The position numbers were made by a program, and so were the translations under genes. 64,000 bases of DNA, taken from Nitrosopumilaceae archaeon (GTDB lineage Archaea > Thermoproteota > Nitrososphaeria > Nitrososphaerales > Nitrosopumilaceae). The notes below the pieces were generated by a model that was not told where the DNA came from, made no database searches, and saw only the letters and a program-made list of their open reading frames with translations. Numbering within the stretch: position 1 is the stretch's first letter; the number at the start of each line of letters is the position of its first letter. Below, in pieces: positions 17,192-26,793 of this stretch. The stretch is taken from contig JASHNR010000012.1 in the NCBI GenBank assembly GCA_030041535.1, positions 2,174 through 66,173 of the forward strand. The letters are read 5' to 3'.

Positions 17192-17265
17192 GGGGACGTA
17201 GGTTAGCTTGGCAGACTGCCAGCCTCGGGCGCTGGATGTCGTGGGTTCAAGTCCCATCGTCCCCA
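17192..17265 (+). tRNA. tRNA-Pro (anticodon CGG)
   Basis: Acceptor GGGGACG/CGTCCCC, anticodon stem CCAGC/GCTGG with loop CTCGGGC, T-arm GTGGG-TTCAAGT-CCCAT. Confidence 0.85.
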
Positions 17266-17314
17266 TTTTCTACAAATTGCAATATTTTAATCAAATTCAA
17301 TCAAGGATTGAAAT

Positions 17315-17935
17315 ATGCCAGATAAATATAGAAGGCAATTGACAATCGCAATCTACCTTGCTCATCTCAATCCTGTTACCAAAGCTCACGTTGAAATCAT
17401 CAACGAATTAAAAAATGGCAACGAGGTAAGGGTTCTTCCAGTCATATTCAGGATTGATGGCAGTGAAGTCAACAGTAAAAGTTTTCCATTCAGTTATGAG
17501 TTGAGAAAAAAAATGCTTGAATCAGTGTTTGGAGACTCTATATCTATAGTATCAAATTACACATTTTATTCACCATTTTCAAGATACATGCCTCCATTAC
17601 TTTCACCCTATTCGTGGAACATCAAAAAGCAAATTTTGGACGAAATTAAAACAGATTACTTTACGTATACTGGAGACAAGGCAGAAGCCTTTGTGCTAAG
17701 GCTTTATGGATTGAATCCAAAGGTGGGTCAAAGAAAAGAAACGTCAGCTTCATTTGTAAAACAAAAAATGTTTGAATCTGCAATGGGAAAGGATACAGAC
17801 TGGGAACAGTACGTGGAACCTGAAATTGTAAAGATAATACACGAGAATTGGGATGTTGTGAAGAAATTTGCAAATTTGCCTGACCTAACATATAGAGTAC
17901 TTGGCATGAAATTTCCAAGTACTGGGTTTTGGTAG
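17315..17935 (+). CDS. nucleotidyltransferase-fold protein (NadM/cytidylyltransferase-like, non-canonical HxGH)
   Basis: LAHLNPVTKAH sits in place of (H/T)xGH, and SASFVKQKM in place of ISSTxxR. The assignment is tentative. Confidence 0.4.
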   Translation: MPDKYRRQLTIAIYLAHLNPVTKAHVEIINELKNGNEVRVLPVIFRIDGSEVNSKSFPFSYELRKKMLESVFGDSISIVSNYTFYSPFSRYMPPLLSPYSWNIKKQILDEIKTDYFTYTGDKAEAFVLRLYGLNPKVGQRKETSASFVKQKMFESAMGKDTDWEQYVEPEIVKIIHENWDVVKKFANLPDLTYRVLGMKFPSTGFW

Positions 17936-17964
17936 AAATAGATTAATTATAGGCAGAATGGGTT

Positions 17965-18888
17965 TTGTATATGAAAACTTTTGCTCACAAGTTTGTTTGG
18001 TTTGATGGCAAGTTTGTAAAGGATGATGAAGCGAAAGTTTCGATAATGACACATGCAATTCATTATGGAACTTCTGTTTTTGAGGGATTACGAGGTTATT
18101 GGAATTCAAAAAACCTTAACATTTTCAGATTGCAGGATCATATCAAAAGATTTAGGAATTCGGGAAGGGTGTACTCCATTTCACTAAGATTTACAGACAA
18201 ACAAATAGCTGATGCAATAACAGAACTCTGCAAGAAAAACAATGTAAGAGAATCATGCTACATACGACCATTTTATTTTGTAGGACGATATGGAATAAAT
18301 CTTCATGTGACAGAAAGCAGTCCAACTCACGCGGCAGTTGTGATGTTTCCCTTCGGCGATCTATTCAATAAAAATGGAATTAGTGCAGGTATTTCATCAT
18401 GGAGAAGAATTCATGACATTTCTACTCCTCCCCTTGCAAAGATGGGTGGTAATTATTTGAATTCAATATTGGCAACCCAAGAGTGTAAGAGAAATGGATA
18501 TGATGAAGCAATCCTATTAGATCATCTTGGAAACATCAGCGAAGCTCCCGGCGAGAACATATTCATTATAAGAGATAAGAAATTACTAACACCATCTTCT
18601 AGTTCTTCGGCATTAGAAGGAATTACAAAAGATTCTGTGATCAAAATAGCAAAAAACCTTGGCTACGAAACAGTAGAACGCGACATTCCAAGAACAGAGA
18701 TTTATTTTGCTGATGAAGTGTTTTTGACTGGCACCGCAGCCGAGATAACACCTATTGTTTCAGTCGATGGCAAAGGTGTTGGAGATGGCAAAGTTGGAAA
18801 AATAACACAGAAACTACAGAGAACATATTCAGAAATTACGATGGGAAGAAACAAAAGGTATTCCAGATGGATAACACCGGTGTATTAA
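17965..18888 (+). CDS. ilvE: branched-chain amino acid aminotransferase (fold type IV)
   Basis: FVWFDGKFV...HAIHYGTSVFEGLRGY, EAPGENIFII, LEGITKDSVI, FLTGTAAEITPI. Confidence 0.85.
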   Translation: MYMKTFAHKFVWFDGKFVKDDEAKVSIMTHAIHYGTSVFEGLRGYWNSKNLNIFRLQDHIKRFRNSGRVYSISLRFTDKQIADAITELCKKNNVRESCYIRPFYFVGRYGINLHVTESSPTHAAVVMFPFGDLFNKNGISAGISSWRRIHDISTPPLAKMGGNYLNSILATQECKRNGYDEAILLDHLGNISEAPGENIFIIRDKKLLTPSSSSSALEGITKDSVIKIAKNLGYETVERDIPRTEIYFADEVFLTGTAAEITPIVSVDGKGVGDGKVGKITQKLQRTYSEITMGRNKRYSRWITPVY

Positions 18889-18889
18889 A

Positions 18890-19825
18890 ATGAAAATTGT
18901 ACAAATAGGAGTGGGAGGTTTTGGCAAGAACCATACACGAATTCTTTCCCAACTTGGAGTTCTTTCAGCAATTTGTGATACAGACTTATCAAAAGCCAAA
19001 GAATTTGGAACAAAGTATTCTGTTAATCACTACTCCAGCATTGATTCCCTTTTAGGATCAGAGCAATTTGATGCTGCCTTTGTTTGTACTCCCACCTCAA
19101 CTCATTTTGAAATCGCCAAAATGTTGCTACAAAAGAAGAAAAACGTATTTGTAGAAAAACCCATGACATATCTCTCGCGTGAGGGCGATGAACTGCTAGA
19201 ATTAGCAAAGAAGAACAAGGCAATCCTAACATCAGGATACATTGAGAGATTTAACCCAGCAGTCTCGCTTGTAAAGGAATACGTCAAGACAAAAAAATAC
19301 GGAGAGTTGATAATGTTAGAATTTCATCGAGAAAATAGAATGCCACCCCACATCAAAGATGTTGGTATAATTTATGACACTTCAGTTCACGATATAGATA
19401 CGGCCATGTGGCTTTTTGATGATGTTCCAGAGGTGGTCTTTGCAAGATCTGGCAGAATAAGACACGAACATGAGGATTTTGCTACAATAATGCTAGGTTT
19501 TAGAGAAAACAAAGTAGCCATTATTTCATCAAACTGGATAACTCCAATTAAAATTAGAAGATTCAATGCTGTTTGTGGCGATGCAATAATTTCCTCTGAT
19601 TTTATCACACAAGAAGTAAAGATAGAAACCAATTCAGGGGCTGAGATTCCACGAAAAGATGTAGAAGAGCCACTTCTTTTGGAAATTAAAAATTTCATTG
19701 CTGCATCAGAGGGTAAAGAAAACATACGGGTAAGGCCAGAAGATGCACTAAATACAACAAAGATAGCTGAGGCAGCACTTTTATCTAGTCACAAAGGGAC
19801 TCCAATTTATCTAGATCTCAAATGA
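18890..19825 (+). CDS. Gfo/Idh/MocA-family NAD-dependent oxidoreductase (sugar-nucleotide dehydrogenase-like)
   Basis: N-terminal Rossmann motif IGVGGFGKNH and the EKP motif (VFVEKPM). It starts 2 nt after the ilvE stop. Confidence 0.75.
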   Translation: MKIVQIGVGGFGKNHTRILSQLGVLSAICDTDLSKAKEFGTKYSVNHYSSIDSLLGSEQFDAAFVCTPTSTHFEIAKMLLQKKKNVFVEKPMTYLSREGDELLELAKKNKAILTSGYIERFNPAVSLVKEYVKTKKYGELIMLEFHRENRMPPHIKDVGIIYDTSVHDIDTAMWLFDDVPEVVFARSGRIRHEHEDFATIMLGFRENKVAIISSNWITPIKIRRFNAVCGDAIISSDFITQEVKIETNSGAEIPRKDVEEPLLLEIKNFIAASEGKENIRVRPEDALNTTKIAEAALLSSHKGTPIYLDLK

Positions 19826-20091
19826 ACAAGAAAATGATGGAAATTCTTGCATGTCCAATAGACAAACATTTCCCACTTGATATTTTCGAGATTTTATCAA
19901 AAGAAGACATTATTTCAGAAGGCGCGATATTTTGTTCCAAGTGTTCTAGGTTTTACCCCATAATAGATGAGATTCCCATTATGCTACCAGATGAACTAAG
20001 AGACAAAAATCAAGAGATAGAATTCTTGAAAAAATACAAAGACAAACTACCAGAAAAGATTGTCAACAAGAGCTCTCCTTGGCATTTGTGA
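19822..20091 (+). CDS. Trm112/UPF0434-like zinc-ribbon protein
   Basis: LACPIDKHFPL...CSKCSRFYPIIDEIPIML. Confidence 0.65.
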   Translation: MNKKMMEILACPIDKHFPLDIFEILSKEDIISEGAIFCSKCSRFYPIIDEIPIMLPDELRDKNQEIEFLKKYKDKLPEKIVNKSSPWHL

Positions 20092-20097
20092 TAAAAA

Positions 20098-20574
20098 ATG
20101 GTTACAAATTTTGTATCAGAGAAAGCAAAGTTGGGCAAAAATGTGAAAATATGGCATTTTGCATACGTGGGTGATAACGCAGAGATTGGAGACAATGTAA
20201 AGATTGGTTCTCTTGCTCATGTGGATTACAATGTAAGGATTGGTGACAATACAATGATAGAAGGCATGGTATACATACCTCCTCTTTCCAGAATAGGAAA
20301 AAATGTTTTCATTGGACCTGCTGCGGCTCTGACAAATGACCCATATCCGGCAAGTAAGAAAATGATTGGAGTTACCATAGAAGACGGTGCTGTGATAGGC
20401 TCAAGGGCTGTCATCAAAGCTGGAGTAACAATTGGAAAAAATAGCGTTGTGGCAATGGGGGCAGTAGTTATCAAAGATGTTCCTGCAAATACAGTAGTTG
20501 CTGGAGTTCCAGCCAAAATCAAGTATTCTCGCAAAGAATACGACAAAAAGAAGAAAGATTGGGAAGACGGCTAA
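20098..20574 (+). CDS. left-handed beta-helix (hexapeptide repeat) acyl/acetyltransferase
   Basis: Repeated [IV]G-x-x-x-x-I hexapeptides throughout (IGDNVKIGSLAHV, IGDNTMIEG, IGSRAVIKAGVTIGKNSVV). Confidence 0.8.
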   Translation: MVTNFVSEKAKLGKNVKIWHFAYVGDNAEIGDNVKIGSLAHVDYNVRIGDNTMIEGMVYIPPLSRIGKNVFIGPAAALTNDPYPASKKMIGVTIEDGAVIGSRAVIKAGVTIGKNSVVAMGAVVIKDVPANTVVAGVPAKIKYSRKEYDKKKKDWEDG

Positions 20575-20801
20575 TTTCTGATTTGCTTGTGAAATATCCA
20601 ATTCTTTATCTTGGACATTATAAAGATCCAGAGCACTACAAGAAAGATAGCGATAATTGCTTTTATGCCTGAATCTAAAAATTCACTATATTTTCCAAAA
20701 CCTTGTATTGAGATATGGGCAATTGTTAAAACAAGAAGGCCTCCACCGGCTAGAATCATTAGCCACATTATGAAGACATATACAAAAATCTGCCCTTTCA
20801 T
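20571..20801 (-). CDS. small two-TM membrane protein
   Basis: 76 aa with two long hydrophobic helices. It overlaps the stop of the upstream GT4 gene by 4 nt. Confidence 0.5.
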   Translation of the reverse strand: MKGQIFVYVFIMWLMILAGGGLLVLTIAHISIQGFGKYSEFLDSGIKAIIAIFLVVLWIFIMSKIKNWIFHKQIRN

Positions 20802-21793
20802 ATCTTAATACCTGTCATAAATGCCGTGATGATTGCAAGTGCAGCTGAAAATATTGCTAGCTTGAAAATTGTAAATCCTACCTCTTTTTCTGTCATAGGT
20901 CCATTAGCTAAAATTAAACGCACCAATGTGACTGGAGCGTCTTTGTGTTCAGTAGCTTTGAGTTTGAAATCTTCTGTATGTTCTACGGGATTTGATTTTA
21001 GTTGCCTGTGCTCAACTATTCGTTTTACGCTTGACAGAAATAGAAATGAGTTTATCACTGCTGGCAACAAAGCAACTGCGGCAATTATTTCTACATGACC
21101 TACTATAGCAATTGTTCCATACATGGCACCTAAGGTGAGTGCTCCAGAATCGCCAGGAAATATTCTGCTAGGAAACTTGTGATATTTGTAAAAAGCAAGA
21201 GATACAAAACCTAGAGGCAAACTTGCTATAGCTATATCATAATGATGAACGATAAATAATGATATCGTGAGTGCAAAACTAGCAATTGTCATAAATCCAC
21301 TTGCAACACCATTTAGTACATCAATGGAATTTACCGTATTTCCTGTAATTGGAATCATGAGAACTATCAAGGCCAGATACAATTCAGGAATGTGAACAGG
21401 ACCAAATAGTGGAAAGTCCAAATGTGTACCATGTGCTCCTAACAAAATTATTGGGATTGCAGTAGCTGCTAGAGCAAGAGGTTTGAACCACCCACCCAAT
21501 ACTTTTCGGTCATCTGCCAAACCTACAAGAAATGCCAGAAAAGTGGTAAGAATTATTGCCAATACATCTACTGAAGAAAAGAACGCATAAAGAACAAGTT
21601 CTGAAACTAGGATCCCTGCAAGAATGGATGGACCTCCAGGCCTTGCTACCATTGCACCTCCAACTCTATTGTAATCTTTGACTACAAGTTTTCTTTTTTC
21701 TAGGTTTTTGATAAGAATTGGAGTAATGGCGTAAACAGTAACAAATGCTATGGCTGAAACTACTATAGCCGCTATTGTTTTATCAAACATCAT
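20798..21793 (-). CDS. glycosyltransferase family 4 polyprenol-phosphate HexNAc-1-P transferase (AglH/WecA/MraY-like)
   Basis: Polytopic membrane protein with LVGLADDRKVLG and NSIDVLNG motifs. Confidence 0.8.
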   Translation of the reverse strand: MMFDKTIAAIVVSAIAFVTVYAITPILIKNLEKRKLVVKDYNRVGGAMVARPGGPSILAGILVSELVLYAFFSSVDVLAIILTTFLAFLVGLADDRKVLGGWFKPLALAATAIPIILLGAHGTHLDFPLFGPVHIPELYLALIVLMIPITGNTVNSIDVLNGVASGFMTIASFALTISLFIVHHYDIAIASLPLGFVSLAFYKYHKFPSRIFPGDSGALTLGAMYGTIAIVGHVEIIAAVALLPAVINSFLFLSSVKRIVEHRQLKSNPVEHTEDFKLKATEHKDAPVTLVRLILANGPMTEKEVGFTIFKLAIFSAALAIITAFMTGIKI

Positions 21794-23916
21794 CTTATCT
21801 TTTTGAGGTGTGTCTTTATGTTTTCTGCAATTCCAGGCCCAATCTTATCAATTTTGGCAAGTTTTTCAACAGGAATCAATGCTAATTCGTCTAGATTTTT
21901 GATTCCATTTTTGTACAGAATTCTTGCACGTATTCTTCCAATGCCCCGTACTTTGACAAGATCAACGAGTTCTTCCTTTATTCCATATGCCATTCTAGTT
22001 CGTAAGGTGTCTAGTTCGTCCATTACGTTATTTGACTTTTCAAGATTTGCAAGCTCATAGAATGCATGAATGAGCCAGTCTGCTGTTTCAGACATCCTAT
22101 GCATATCTCCTGATTCTATACCAAGATTATCAGAAAGAGAGATCTCGCTTGATTCAGTGATCCAAGCATGCATTGCAAGTAGGCTTCGATTGCAATCATA
22201 TTCTGAGATGCTTTCAATCAATTGATCAGAATAGTTTTCAAGAAGCGTACTGATTATCTCATAATCCTTGTTCCTTAATGAAAACTTGGGGAAAAAATCT
22301 TCACAGCTTGTGATAATATGTAATATCCCAAGAGTATGTTTCCTGCCTTTTGAAATTTGCTGAAGTGCTTTTCTGAAATAAACAGCTGTTAGAGGATCTA
22401 TGTATAAAGTTGAAGTCTTTTTGCCAAATTCTGTTGCGATGAATCTACCCCCTTTTTGTTTCAAGAGTTCTTCCAGTTCAAGATAGCGTAATGCTATCTG
22501 AATCTTGAATTTTATAGTTGATTTTCTTTCCTGAGATCCCGAAAGCGTTTTTGAAAAAAAATCAACAATTTCTTCATTTTTTATTCCAGGAGTAGTTGAA
22601 ACCAAGCTCAATATGTGAATTCGTAGTGCCTTGTCATCTGTAAGTTTTGAAGAAATTGGCTCCGGCAGCCCATTAATGTAATAATCAAAGAGATCATCAC
22701 TGTTAGAACTTCCAACGATAATAGATTCTCCATATTCATCATACTGAGGCCTCCCAGCTCTTCCAGAAAGCTGTTTGTATTCAAGAACGCTTATGGGTTT
22801 GTTGACTCCATATTTTCCGTCATATCTATTGATGCTAGAAATTATTACTCTTCTTGCTGGAAGATTTACTCCAGCAGCCAATGTCGGCGTAGAAGCCAGG
22901 ATCTTTATTCTTCTATTCCTAAATTCTAACTCGATAATATCTCTGCAATTCTGGTTCAGCCCTGCATGGTGAAATGCAACACCTTTTTTCACTAACGTTG
23001 CTAGATTTCTAATGAGTTCTGTATGTTCATTGTCTTCAAGAAGTCTTTGCGAGATTTGTTCTAGAATTTTCTTCTCTTCTTCTGTTATATGTTTTGAAAC
23101 TGCGTCAGATGCCTTTGTTGCAAGAGATACAGAGCGTGCTCTAGTTTCAGCAAACAGGATTGCTTGGCCTCCATTTTTGAGAGAATCCAAGCCCAAGTCA
23201 ACTGGTGCTCCCCTAATGCTTGTCTCAACTTGGAAATTCTTCTTGTTCTGCATTGTTACCATACCCTGATCGTAAACCCCTTCCCAGAGAGGAACTGGCC
23301 TCCAGTTGCTTTCCACAAGTTTGCAACCAAGCCATTTTGATATCTCATCAGCATTAGTTACTGTTGCACTAAGTGCAAGTATCTGCGGTTTTTTCTGGAG
23401 TGACATTAGTTTGGTGAGTACGATATCAAGGGTTGGTCCCCTATCCTCATCCCCCAGTAAATGGACTTCGTCTGCAATAACAAGACTGATTTCATTTAAC
23501 CATTCAGCGCCTTGCCTCATGACAGAATCCATCTTCTCATTAGTAAGAACAAGAATATCATTTGATTCTAGATTTTTATCAGTCTGATCATAATCTCCTG
23601 TTGAAATCTGGATCTTAATTTTTTTATCAAGGTCTACAGATTCTAATTTTTTAAATTCAGAAAATTTTTCAGAAGCTAGTGCTTTGAGAGGACTAAGATA
23701 CACTACTTTGCCCTTTTTCTCAGAGATGTGCTTTATTATGGCAAGCATGGCAATTAGCGTCTTTCCGCTTGCAGTTGGAGCAGAGACAAGGATGCTTTTT
23801 CCATCTAATAGCCCAGCCTTTACACTCTTTTCTTGCGGTGGATAAAGAGTAACAAATCCACTATCACAGAGAAATTTGATTGCAGTTTTGGGGATATCTA
23901 GTTCCGATACTTTCAT
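21790..23916 (-). CDS. Hel308/Ski2-like DNA helicase
   Basis: Walker A SAPTASGKT, ADEVHLLGD box, 708 aa, C-terminal HhH (VRGIGRIRARILYKNGI). Confidence 0.88.
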   Translation of the reverse strand: MKVSELDIPKTAIKFLCDSGFVTLYPPQEKSVKAGLLDGKSILVSAPTASGKTLIAMLAIIKHISEKKGKVVYLSPLKALASEKFSEFKKLESVDLDKKIKIQISTGDYDQTDKNLESNDILVLTNEKMDSVMRQGAEWLNEISLVIADEVHLLGDEDRGPTLDIVLTKLMSLQKKPQILALSATVTNADEISKWLGCKLVESNWRPVPLWEGVYDQGMVTMQNKKNFQVETSIRGAPVDLGLDSLKNGGQAILFAETRARSVSLATKASDAVSKHITEEEKKILEQISQRLLEDNEHTELIRNLATLVKKGVAFHHAGLNQNCRDIIELEFRNRRIKILASTPTLAAGVNLPARRVIISSINRYDGKYGVNKPISVLEYKQLSGRAGRPQYDEYGESIIVGSSNSDDLFDYYINGLPEPISSKLTDDKALRIHILSLVSTTPGIKNEEIVDFFSKTLSGSQERKSTIKFKIQIALRYLELEELLKQKGGRFIATEFGKKTSTLYIDPLTAVYFRKALQQISKGRKHTLGILHIITSCEDFFPKFSLRNKDYEIISTLLENYSDQLIESISEYDCNRSLLAMHAWITESSEISLSDNLGIESGDMHRMSETADWLIHAFYELANLEKSNNVMDELDTLRTRMAYGIKEELVDLVKVRGIGRIRARILYKNGIKNLDELALIPVEKLAKIDKIGPGIAENIKTHLKKIR

Positions 23917-25994
23917 ACCCGGTTATAATGACCGGGTTTTGATTCATAAATAGCTGACTCTCGTTGCAATTTCTTGATGTATTTTCTTGCTTCTTCTTCA
24001 GTGAATTTGCCTGTCTTGACTAGTTCTTTTACGAATGTTTTTTCTTCAACAGGTCTTTTCTCATCTCCTTCCAATGATTTCATCACATCCATGAATAGTT
24101 GCATCTTTGAGACTTCGCTGTGAGGCCTACCTTGAAGAACCCCAAGGTCCACCTTTCCAGTGTTTACGTCTACTCCTGCGTCTTGGAGCATGCTTTGTAT
24201 TAGAAATATTGCCCTTTCTGCATCTTCGCTCTCAACTTGTGTCTTCATCAATAGCCTTGCTCTAGCAGTGGCTAATCTCACAAGTCCTTCTAATTGTCTT
24301 GGAGTTACTGTAATCATTCCCTCAGATTCTACGTTTCTCATTGTCATATAATATTCCAGAATCTTCTCCTCTGCTTCTGATGTAAGTATAGGATCAAATC
24401 TTTTCGTATATGTTAGATATTTTGTAAGAATATCTACGTCAATTAGTGATTTAATGTCAGTTCCTGAAGTTCGGTGTAAATTCAATATGTGCCGTGCTAT
24501 TCTTGTATCTCTTTCTTTTGATGGGATATCCCTAACTACAAAGATGAGATCAAAACGTGTTAAAAGTGGGACTGGCAGGTTAACATTTTCCGTTATGTTC
24601 TTGAATGGATCATATTTTCCATACATTGGGTTGGCAGCAGCCAAAATTGAGGTTCTTGCGTTCAACGTTGCAACAATTCCACCTTTTGCAATGCTTACGG
24701 ATTGTTGTTCCATGGTTTCATGTAGTGCACTTCGGTCTTCTGGTTTCATTTTATCAAACTCGTCTATACAAACAAGGCCTTGATCTCCCAAAACTACCGC
24801 GCCTGCTTCGAGCATCATAATTCCTATTTTGTCCCGTACAACTGCGGCTGTGAGCCCTGCTGCAGTAGAACCTCTTCCTGATGTATAAAGTCCCCTTGGA
24901 GCAATTCTTGCACAAAACTTTAGCATCTCACTTTTTGCCGTACCAGGATCACCCACCAAAAAGACGTTAATATCTCCACGAATTTTAGCGCCGTCGGCAA
25001 GAAGTTTTTGAGTAGAACCTACAATTAACAATAAAATTGACTCTTTGATTATATCATGGCCATGAACGTGAGGAGCAAAAGAAGCTACGAGCCTGTCGTA
25101 AATGTCTGCATTTTTTCCAAGCGATTTGATTATCTTCTCTTCGTCTGGAGAGATTTCTTCCCTTTCAGTGCTTCTAGAGCTCTTGTTTCCTCTACCGCCC
25201 AGAAACTCTATATTATTTCCCTGAATTCTTAATCTGTAAATCCCACTCTTTCCTCTCATAGAAGGTATGTGCTCTTGTTCAATCCTTACGATTCCCGTAA
25301 GAATTACACGGTCTCCAGGTCTTGCGTTGTCAACCAAGTCTTGAAGCACTGTAACATCAAGATAGTGAGGTAATTGACCAGGAGGCAGATCTTCAGGTAA
25401 TTCTTGGAGTCGTACCATTTGAAAATCAATGAATTTGCTTTGTTCAGGATTTAATTCTAGATCTCGGTGAGTACATTTTCCATTATCACATTTTAGTGGT
25501 TCCTTGAATTCAAGACCTTTTTCCTGAATTCTTTTAGTCTGATGCCCATCTGGACAGATGTAAACTAGTTCTTTTGCAAGCGGTTTAATCTCAGAAGATC
25601 TTACAACCATTCCCGAAACGCTTATCATTTTTCCTATAACCTCTGCATTTACTTCGCGCAGACTTCGCTGTGCTGGATAGTTTGAAATCCTGACTCTAAT
25701 ATCATGGCGGATTTTTTCGGCATATTGTGGGAATCTTTCCTTGAGGATATCCTTGATTGCCCCGCTGAAAGCATGAAGAATTTCATCTGGATCCATATTG
25801 AAAACAGATTCAATTTCGTGGTATGATACCAGTTCGTTGTAATCTACCACAATGTATTGAATTTTCTTTGCCATCATCTGGTCAATTTCGTCAACATACT
25901 TGTATGAACCTGATTTGTCTTTGAATTGACTTAGGAATTCTCTTACCTGATCCTGAAGCTTGCTTGATGAAATAGATTCAGACTGTGCGGTCAT
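23913..25994 (-). CDS. mcm: MCM replicative helicase
   Basis: Zn motif CPDGH...CDNGKC, Walker A GDPGTAKS, Walker B CIDEFDKM, SILAAANP, arginine-finger region. 693 aa, no intein. Confidence 0.95.
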   Translation of the reverse strand: MTAQSESISSSKLQDQVREFLSQFKDKSGSYKYVDEIDQMMAKKIQYIVVDYNELVSYHEIESVFNMDPDEILHAFSGAIKDILKERFPQYAEKIRHDIRVRISNYPAQRSLREVNAEVIGKMISVSGMVVRSSEIKPLAKELVYICPDGHQTKRIQEKGLEFKEPLKCDNGKCTHRDLELNPEQSKFIDFQMVRLQELPEDLPPGQLPHYLDVTVLQDLVDNARPGDRVILTGIVRIEQEHIPSMRGKSGIYRLRIQGNNIEFLGGRGNKSSRSTEREEISPDEEKIIKSLGKNADIYDRLVASFAPHVHGHDIIKESILLLIVGSTQKLLADGAKIRGDINVFLVGDPGTAKSEMLKFCARIAPRGLYTSGRGSTAAGLTAAVVRDKIGIMMLEAGAVVLGDQGLVCIDEFDKMKPEDRSALHETMEQQSVSIAKGGIVATLNARTSILAAANPMYGKYDPFKNITENVNLPVPLLTRFDLIFVVRDIPSKERDTRIARHILNLHRTSGTDIKSLIDVDILTKYLTYTKRFDPILTSEAEEKILEYYMTMRNVESEGMITVTPRQLEGLVRLATARARLLMKTQVESEDAERAIFLIQSMLQDAGVDVNTGKVDLGVLQGRPHSEVSKMQLFMDVMKSLEGDEKRPVEEKTFVKELVKTGKFTEEEARKYIKKLQRESAIYESKPGHYNRV

Positions 25995-26506
25995 TTCTTA
26001 TCACCGATAACTTGTTTTTTAAATTCTGCACTGTTATCATGAATATAATCAAATAGAGCTCGCTCTTCAACTGTCAATTTCTTTGCTAATTCAGTAGCCA
26101 TCTTGGATGAATCCGCTAATCTAATGATCTTTCCTTGTCTTTTACGAACAAGGGAATTTAGCATGCTTTCTATTTTATCACGGTCTTGCTGGGGCAGTCT
26201 TTGCATGAATAAGTTCATTTTTATGTAAAACTCTGGCTCAAGTGTAGAAAGATCAAAATCTCCCTGTACATTTTCTTTCACAATAGCTTGCTTCAAAGCT
26301 ACCACCATATCGGTATCCTGTACTTCAGCAAGCTTTTCTAACGATAATACCTCAGCTACCCATCGTGGTATACTCAAAATTTCACCATGTTTGGCATCAA
26401 TTGATACTTCGGGTGCATCTATTTTGAGATCATACCCAAAGTTGACTTTGACGTCCTGTAGGCGATATCCTATACTATGCATCTGTATTAGTTCTAAGAT
26501 GTCCAA
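25991..26506 (-). CDS. GINS subunit-like protein (Gins23-like by synteny upstream of mcm)
   Basis: 171-aa helical plus beta protein that overlaps the mcm start by 4 nt. Gins23-mcm linkage is known in Sulfolobus. TTG start, or an internal ATG. Confidence 0.5.
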   Translation of the reverse strand: MDILELIQMHSIGYRLQDVKVNFGYDLKIDAPEVSIDAKHGEILSIPRWVAEVLSLEKLAEVQDTDMVVALKQAIVKENVQGDFDLSTLEPEFYIKMNLFMQRLPQQDRDKIESMLNSLVRKRQGKIIRLADSSKMATELAKKLTVEERALFDYIHDNSAEFKKQVIGDKK

Positions 26507-26793
26507 TTTACTTCATGATCCTCCATTAGGTATCTAAGGGATCGATCGATCAATTCTGTTAACCATTTACTCTGATCATTTGATCTAGTTATTCGGGTAT
26601 TGCTTTCTCTCATGATGGGTTCTTCCTATTTAATATGGGATTCATTTGGTGATCGCCTAGAAATGATATATTTTTGTTAATCTTAATAGATAGTTATTCT
26701 GTTATTACCCACAAACGCTCAAGTTACACAGAAATCACTTCGGCACAAGATCGCAGACTTAATTTTATTAGTAGGGCAAAGAGGTAGGACCAT

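Noticed and set aside
23913-25994. Inteins in MCM, aIF5B or RFC.
   Set aside because: Protein lengths are canonical and the Walker/sensor motifs are contiguous. There are no Cys/Ser...HN splice-junction inserts.
26507-26793. Replication origin between the GINS-MCM operon and RFC.
   Set aside because: No ORB or mini-ORB-like inverted repeats are present, no orc1/cdc6 gene is adjacent, and there is no extended AT-rich unwinding element beyond background.
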